A stretch of DNA of 64,000 bases from a virus (Duplodnaviria > Caudoviricetes): positions 32,001 to 96,000 of the IMG/VR virus record IMGVR_UViG_3300037507_003370; one strand, written 5' to 3'. The notes under the pieces are model-generated. The model was not told where the DNA came from. It did not search any database and worked only from the letters and a program-made list of their open reading frames with translations. This document shows, piece after piece, positions 18,501 to 27,500 of this stretch. A program made the translations under genes and the position numbers. How positions within the stretch are numbered: the first letter of the stretch is position 1; each line of letters opens with the position of its first letter.

Positions 18501-21500
18501 AAAAGTAATGGCTCAGAGATTAGGTAGAGATATCAGCGGAATAGGATTAGAAGGAAGAGCACCAGGAACAACAGGATCTGCATCATCAGATACCACTGTT
18601 GGAGAAGCATTATTATCTCAATTAGGTAAAAAATCAGTTGTGTTAGGAAGAGGCGATTCTGGAAATCTAAGAAGAAAACAAGGACAAGAACTTGTAGAAG
18701 TTATAAAAAAGAAATTAGCATTTACTTGGGGAGGTTTCGCACCAACAACAGCTGGTCATGAAAGTATCATGGATGCTGCTGCAGCAATGGGTTTTGCTCC
18801 AGAAGACTTTATTGCTCTTGTTGGAGCTAATGAAGGAATTAAGGCAGGAGATCCTAGTAGTTATAGAACAGCAGTATTTGATCAAGATTTTAGAGTATTG
18901 CTAGCCAAGGCCGGGTTCGGAGCCAAGGGAGCCACCGTTCTGCCAAAACCAAGAGATTTTGAAGTTCCTCAAGGTTTTGATATATCCGAAGGCACAGGAA
19001 GACGCAAAGTAATATTGCCACAAAAAGGAAGTAGAGCATTTGTAGCAGACAAAACTCCAGAACAAATGGCAAAATACAAAGATGCTGGTTATGATGTTAC
19101 TAATTTAGAAAGAACTGGCGGAATTAGCGGTACAATGGTTCGTGACTTAATTATGTCCGGTAAGATCGACCAATTGCAAGACGTTTTATCTCCTGGTGTT
19201 TACGATATTATATCAAAAAATTTACCAATATTACAGAATAGAGCTAATGTTTTACCTGAAATTATTAAACAAGTACAAGCTTCACAACAATCATCGGTTG
19301 ATGCTGTAGAAAAACAAATAACCGACATAGGAATCAAAAGAATTAATCGCAAACAAGCGGAGAGCGATCCGGAGTATGCTGCTAAAATTGCCTTATTAGA
19401 AGAGTTAAGAAAGAAAAAAACTAAATTACAAAGCGCTGGAGCTTTTGAGCCATACAGACTTTTAGATAAATTAGCATCAGATCAACCAGATAAATACGGA
19501 TTAAAGTTTGCTCAGGGAGGATTGATACAAAAATTTATGGCAGGAGAGATGGTTCAAAAACTTCCTGCCCCAGCGAGAAAAATAATTGATGCTCTTGGAG
19601 GGTTAGAACCAGCAGCAAAAATAGGTGGCGTTCGATCAACAGAAATATTAGAGATTTTAAAGAAAAAAGTTGTTAATCAATCACAAAAAACAATACAAGA
19701 TAAAATCTTAGCTCAATATGCAGAAGTTATTGGAGCAGAGCAGCAGGCTATGGATCAAGCAATGAAATTTGGCTTGGTTGGATTATTTGGAGAAACTAAA
19801 GTTGGAACTAATGATCAGGGTAGAACAATTTATGACCCTAAGTGGGACTATAGTAAACAATTTGGCCCTGAAGATATAGGAGGAAGAAACACCACAATAA
19901 TAGCTAGAGGATTAAGATCTCAATATGCAGAAGCTGTATATCAAATGCAAAGAGAGATATTTGGAGTTAATGAAAATTTTGCTAGAAATTTGGAAACAGC
20001 AGGAGGATTTGGAGCACAATCACTAGCAAATATTCAAGGGCCAGCTGTAAAAGCAGGACAGGCTGGCATAGAAGGGGCAATGATAGAGTTAGTTCTAGCA
20101 AGACTCGGAGCCCCATTAAGAGAAAATGCTCCTGCAAATAGACCAATAGATTATCCAGATGGACTAGGAGATGCGGCTAAGTTTTTTGGTATAGATCCGG
20201 ATATGCCAACAGAAGTTAAAAGAACTATTAATGGAGATAGTTTAGCGAGAACAAGAGAAGAAATTGAAAGATATTATAAAGAAGTTTTACAAGTTTTTGC
20301 TACTGGTGGAAAAGTTAAACTTTATCATGGATCTAATACAGGAATAAATGATAGTGTTTTAAATAGTTTTAAAGAAAAGGGAGCTCTTTCTAATATTGCT
20401 AAAGGCTATGGTCAAGGAGAAGGATTCTACTTATATACAGAAAAGAATAAAGCACAACAACAAGCTAATATGAGAGTTAATGGAGGAAGCAACTTTACTG
20501 TTGCTCAAGGCGATAGGTCAGGAAAGCCTATGGTATTAACTTTTAATGAACAATTAAGCCCTAAAGATTATGATTTAGATTATGAATTGCAAAAAGGACT
20601 AGTAGTACAATGGATGCATGATAATTACGATACTCTTAAAGATAAATATGCTCCTACTGAAAATCAAACCGGATTAAAAGGTAAGTTTGATAAAAATCCA
20701 GACGCTGGAATGATGTCGGTTGGAGTAAGTATTCAAGAAGGATCTCAAACATTAAAGTCCGAAGACGGAACAGAGTTTACCTTGCCTGGAGGATCAAGAA
20801 AATCTATTTATGCCGGAAGTGGGGGAGATGTTAGAGAAGGAGCTTTGCTTGGGCAGCTTATGTCTAGAATTCAATCTGGAGACCCCGAATTAGTAAATTC
20901 TTTTGAATCCAAACTTTTTGAAAAACCACTAGGATTAGCATTAAAGTATGTTGGATCATCACCGCTCAAGCCGAGTAATATTGAAACTTTTGCAGACGGT
21001 GGGTCGGTAGAAGGTCAAAAAAAGGAGAAAAACTTTGGAAAAATTGGAATAAAAAATAATGGGTCCGAAATTATAGCAGCATATTTGGGCACAAAAGATC
21101 GTAGTGGTATGGTTAGTGCAAAAAAAATGGCAGATAACTTATATACTGTCGGTTTGTCTAAAGCTAGTGAAGGATATGGTCCTAAGCTTTATGATATTGT
21201 TATGGAAGCGGCCACAGCCAATGGTGGTATGTTAGCTCCTGATAGAAATATTGTTAGCGATGCTGCAAAAGGTGTTTGGTCATATTATTTTAATAATAGA
21301 TCAGATGTAAGAAAAACACCACTAGATAGAAATCAATGGACACAGAACTCTGCCTTAATTGATCCTAAATTATTAGGAGATAAAAATACATGGCCACCAT
21401 ATTCTGATCCTGCTTGGATATTACAAAGTGGATATAGTAAAAATTCAGAGCTATTAAATAGCTCAGATATTGTCAATTTAAATGATGATAAATATAAGTC

Positions 21501-24500
21501 ATTTTTACAAAGTCAACAATTATCATTTTTTGCTCAAGGAGGATCAGTAGAAGATACTGTACCAGCATTATTAACTCCTGGTGAATTTGTAATTAATAAA
21601 AAAGCAGCTCAAAAAATTGGATATGGCAAACTTAAAAAATTAAATCATGCGGATAAAATACAGGGTTATAATAGAGGAGGAATTGTACATAGGTTCGCTG
21701 ATGGCGATGTTGTCCCTCCGTCTGGCCCAGGCTCAGGTGGAGATTCTGATCCAACAATAAGAGACTTAATGGAACGAATTAGACAGTTATCAGAAGTAAT
21801 AGACAGACTTTCTGCTACTGTAAGAGATTCGTCAGATACCAGAGAAAGAACACCCGCAGAAAGACCAGAAAGAAGACCAAGGACTAGAGAAGAAATTTTA
21901 GATAGATATGGATCTAGAGTAATTAATAATAGTTTTAGATCTATGGATAGATTTACTACTAGACTTAATGTACTTACTGGTGTTGTTGGAGTCGCAGCAA
22001 ATTTCTTAGCAGAAACTATAGGAGAAAAGTCTGCAGTTGGTGCGGTTGTACAGAGTTTTGCAAATAGCATCACCACAGCATCTGGAACAGTGTATAGTGC
22101 TGCTGGAGCAATAAAAGGAGCATATGAAGTATTACCAGAAGGTGTTCAAGAACTAGTTAGACAACGTATTGGATCTTTTACTGCTGGTGGTGGATTTGGT
22201 ACAACCGGAGTTCAAGCCGCAGGAGGAGCAGCAGCAGGATTAGCTATAGCCGCTGCGACTATTTATGCTGGAATAGAAGCATTTAAGGCATATAATGATG
22301 CTATTAGAAAACAAACAGAAGAAATAGCCAAAAATAATATGACTCAAGGTTTGGAAGAATTTGATAAAGCTTTAGAATTATATACAAAAAATACAACAGA
22401 TAATGCTTTTGCGCTCAAAGTTGCTGGCGAACAATTAGCCAAAGCAACTAGTGCAGCATTAACAATAGTAAATCTTAATAAAACTAATCCAGACAGAGGA
22501 TATGCTAGTATTATTGGAGAAAATATTGGGACCGTAGGAGGAGGTCTTGTTGGTGGTGCTGTTGGAGGAGCAACTGCTGGTGCAACAATTGGAACAGTAA
22601 TATTTCCTGGTGTTGGTACAGTAATAGGGGCCCTATTAGGAACTGCGATTGGTGCTACTGCGGGCTATGCGTCAGATCAAGCCGTAGCATATTTCTCTGG
22701 TAGAGGCGGACAAGAGCAGATTTCTCAAAGATCAGAAATAGCAAATAGATTTGGGACAGGGGCCTATACTCAATCATTATTTGATTCTAATACACAAACC
22801 AATCTTTCTAGATCCTTAGCTTCTGTTCAGGCAGCAGAAACTGCAGCAACTCTAACTCCAGTTAGACAAAGACAAGATCAATATTTTGAACAATTATTTA
22901 AATCGGGCGTTTCGGAATCTGAAATTCAATCAGCTCCAGAATGGCAACAACAAGCAGAATTAATAGCCAGATCCAATGCTGCTACAGAAGAACAACTTAG
23001 ACTTATAGATGCAGACCTATCTGTTTCTAAAGAACTAAGAGATGCAAAAAAACAAGAAATTATTGCATCCACAGCTAGTGCAGAATTAAGAAAACAAGCA
23101 GAACAAGTTAGAATACAAAGAGAACAAGAAAGAGCAGCAGATGAAAGTAAATCATATATGGTTAGCTTGGAAAGAAGCTTTCAGAATATGGAACAGGCAA
23201 TGGACTCGACCTCTTACTCTATTGATAAATTAAGATCGTCTGCAGAATTATCAGCCGCAGCTTTACAGGGTCAGGCAAAAATTGGGAAAGTTACATTAGA
23301 TGCTATAGATGTAATCCGTAATCCTAATGTTGCCAGTAGACAAGAAAAAACACAAGCATATGGCTTAGCTGGTTCATTAATGGGATCTCAAGGCAAAAGC
23401 GTTACCGGATTACTTGAGTATGGATCAAATATAGAGGGTAGAATTTTATCGTCAATTAATAATGCTTTGGCTGAAAACTCTAAAGGATCATCTGAAAAAA
23501 TAGGAGCAGCTGTTAATAGGTCTGTTGCGAACGAAATAGAAGGATTAGATATTGGAGATTCATTAAAACAAAAATTAGCATCGCAAACTTCTGCCGCAGT
23601 TTCCAAAATGAGGACAGATGGTGATGAAAAGATTGATTTTGATGACTTGGCAGATAAAGTACCAGGATTAGCAAAAGTTGTTGATGCAACTAAAAGAGCC
23701 CAAGAAATGGCTGTTAAAAGACTGGAGTTTTTCCAGCAGTCACTTAATGAATACTCAGAGTCTATAAATAGTCTTGCAGAACTACAATATAATATTGGAG
23801 AAAGATTAAGAAGAGTTAATAACTTAAGAATCAAGTCTGAGGAAGATCTATCAAGAGCACTTGGAAAATCAACCAGTTTTGAAGCTACCAAGTCTAATGT
23901 TAGATCAAATGTTCAGTCTTTAGCAGGAACAACTGACCCAAGACAAATATTCGAAAATTTAGCAAATTTAGAACAGCAAAGACAGCAGCAACAATCAAGA
24001 GTAACTTCTGCTGCTAACAGAGGAGCAGTTCAAGAATATGTAGTAATGACTAATCAATTAAAGACTACTACATTACAAATGAGAGAGAATCACGCTGCTT
24101 TAAAAGAATTAGCTGAAAGTAGCGATGTTGCATCAGCAGCATTGAATAAAATAAATGATATACAACAACAGAATGCTGCTAGAACTAATATCTTAGAAAG
24201 ATATGTAACATCAACACCACAAGAACAAAATCAACTCTCTTCTGCTTTTGAAAGACTACAAAATAATATGGATGGCGCCACAAATAGCATGTGGGATTCT
24301 GTAAATGTTCAGAAAGCATATAGAGACTCACTAACAAGCGGTTCTACCCAAGCAGAAGCAATGAATAAGGCCCAAGAGGCTGCTGCACAAGATCGTAAAG
24401 AGACCTTAGATGCATTTAATATGATAGCTCCATTACTAGGAGATCAACAAAATGAATTAAAGGCTAATGTATTAGAAAGTATGATGAGAGAATCTGGTGT

Positions 24501-27500
24501 TCAAATGTCTCCATTATTTGAAAAGGCTCTTCAAGGATTAAGAAATCCAGAAAGAGATCCTCAAATGGATGCTGCTATTAAAGAATATCAAGAAGCCAAT
24601 AGGCTACAACAAGAAGCCAATGTATATCTTGCTATGTTAGATGGAAAAGTAGCACAAGACATGGCAACAAAATCAGACGAATTATTAAGAACATCATTAG
24701 CAACAGTAACTCAAAAATTCGAATTAGCAGAAAGTAGTGATGTAAAAAATAAAATTAATAGTATAGACAGTAGACTTAGAGATGGAATTAAAGTATTTCC
24801 TCAAGGTAATATTGGTGGTGGTTCTTCTGATGATGTAACCACAGCAGCTAAAGGTGGATACATAACATATAAGGCTGTTGGAGGCTCAATATTTAAGCCC
24901 AAAGGTACCGATACTGTGCCTGCCATGTTAACTCCTGGAGAATTTGTTGTTAACAGATCAGCAACTCAAAAGCATGGTTCATTATTAGAGTCTATTAATA
25001 GTGGACAATTTGCCAAAGGAGGAAAAGTAACATATCGAGCAGCTGGTGGTATTGTTGGAGACGTAAAATCACCGCATCTTAAAGATTTTAGCGATCCTTA
25101 TGAGGACTTGAGAGGACAACCATTAACAGGATCTTTCTTCTCTAAGCTAGGATCTAGTGATGATGTTGCTAAAAATTTATTGGATTTAGAACAAGGCTTT
25201 GGAGCTTTACAAGGATACCAAGCATCAGCCTATCCTACTTTTAATAACTCTGGTTCAACAGCAGACGGTCTTGATAAACAGTCAACAACAAAATGGATTA
25301 AAGATAATAGATCTCCAACCGGAGGTAAACTAGGTTGGTTTCCTGATCTAACTGTTTTTCACGGATCCGCAGGCAATTTAGGCTATTTACCAATATTCTG
25401 GGGTGCAAATGCTATTGCTGGTGCAACTGGAGCCACCGTTACAGCCAATCGTAAATCATTACAAAAACAGATGGTTACCAAGGATCTATTAGATTTAGGA
25501 AATCCAGATATTTTTGATGTTTTAAATGACAGATCAGCAAGCGGAAAAGGACCTAGAGCAAGAACAACTCTTTTATCAGAAGACCAAGCTAAATTACAGA
25601 AAGAAAAACTAACATCGATTTTTGATCAGGTTGACAAAGGATTGTCTGATGTTAAACAAAAAGAAATTAATTTATCAAAAGACGGCGGCGCCATAAATTC
25701 TGCAGCAAATATTGGTCAATATGGCGCAAGTTTTAGAAAATATGGACTCATATTAGGATCTTCAATACCAGATAAATATATGGGTCTTAGTTTTAATAAA
25801 CCAAACACTTCTATAGACCAATCTTTAGTAGGAGGAAATTTATCTGAGCCATCTTTTAGCGTTACTAAATATGGCTATGCGACATCTTCTACATCTCCAT
25901 TGGCAAATTCAACTAATACAGCAGTAATATCTGGGGGTATTCAAACAATACCAACAGAAGATCAGCTTAAGTCTTTTACCGATAAATATAAATCAGTTAT
26001 ACAAGTAGAAGAATGGAGAGCTTATATAGATAAACTAGATAAAGATAAGTCAAGAAGCACTACTCCTATAGAAGAACAAACTAACGCTAGAAATAAAGCC
26101 TTAAGAAAATTAATTAATAATCAAATAACACATATCCAACTCAAAGAAGAAGATTTGAGCGATGAATTTAAAAAGATGGCTGGCATAGATGGAGATTTTG
26201 AAAAATTAGATGTATATTCAGAAGCTTTTAAAGGTAGATGGCCTAATACAGAGTCTATGAAAACTAATTTTGGAATTAAAGATGAAGACCTTAAAAAATA
26301 TTGGCAAACTGGAGCAAATGATAAATTATTTACATTACAATATAGCAAAAAATTAAGAAATCTTTTAACCGGAGCAGAATTTGATCAACAGTATACTAAA
26401 GGATTGCCTTGGTCTTGGGGAGAAAATAGCATATTCACAGCAGAAACTATGGAAGCAGTTAAAAAAGAAATGGCATTATCTTCAGGGGCCTCTTCTTTTA
26501 AAGTCATTCCTAAAGTATTTAGTAAATCATATACAGACACAAGAGATCCTAATCAATATACAGCAAAAATCAAATTCCCATATGACTCATTATCATCTCT
26601 TTTATTTGATAAAGATAGTATGGACTATACCGCTCAATCACTTACTGCATTAGTTCCATGGTGGGAAAATCAACAAAAAATAGATCCTTTTAGTATTAAT
26701 CCATTTGTCGGCTTGGCTCAGCCTAACGCTGTGATTCCAGCGTATCAGGACGAAAAAAGTATGGAAAAATTTGTTAAATATTGGGTTGAAAAAGAAATTT
26801 TCAACAAACCATCCATTTATCTGCCTCTTTCGCCTATAAAACTACCTACAGCACTAGATAAATTTGTTGGAAGTGTTAATAATACAACACAATTCGATAG
26901 AGAAGTAACAGATAGTGAAGGAGGTAAGAATTTTGAACAAGGTAATTATGTTCCAGAGAATGCGGAAGTTGCTGATATATCTAATGCTTTATTTAAAAAA
27001 TATGAATATATATACGCAAAAAGATCTCAAGATACAAGCGCTAATAATGAATCAAAATTAAGGGAAAACTTATTACAATATAATTTAGCATCTAGTCTTG
27101 GTAAATCACTCTTAAAGAAAGATGGATTAAAATTACCATTATGGGATCCTGATCAAGCTTTTGTAACAGCAGATCCAGTTTGGCAAGCAGTTAAAGACAC
27201 GGCTCCAGACCTTGGAGTAGATGGATATAGGAACGCTGCCGAATGGAAAAGAAGCTATATATTAGCTGCCGCCGGAACAATAGCAGATCCGCCAGATAAG
27301 ATCAAAGCAGACGAGGACATTTTTCCTGCTCAAAATTATATAGCTTGGATTAGAGCAAAAACCGTAGAAGCCTATTCTGCAAATGAAGAGAGTCAGGATA
27401 AATATAAACAATCAGGAGGAGTAAATATATCTTCTTTGGGTAAGTTAGTTTCTGCTTGGAGATTTATGGAAGAGTCTAGAACAGCTGGAGGAAGCGCAAC

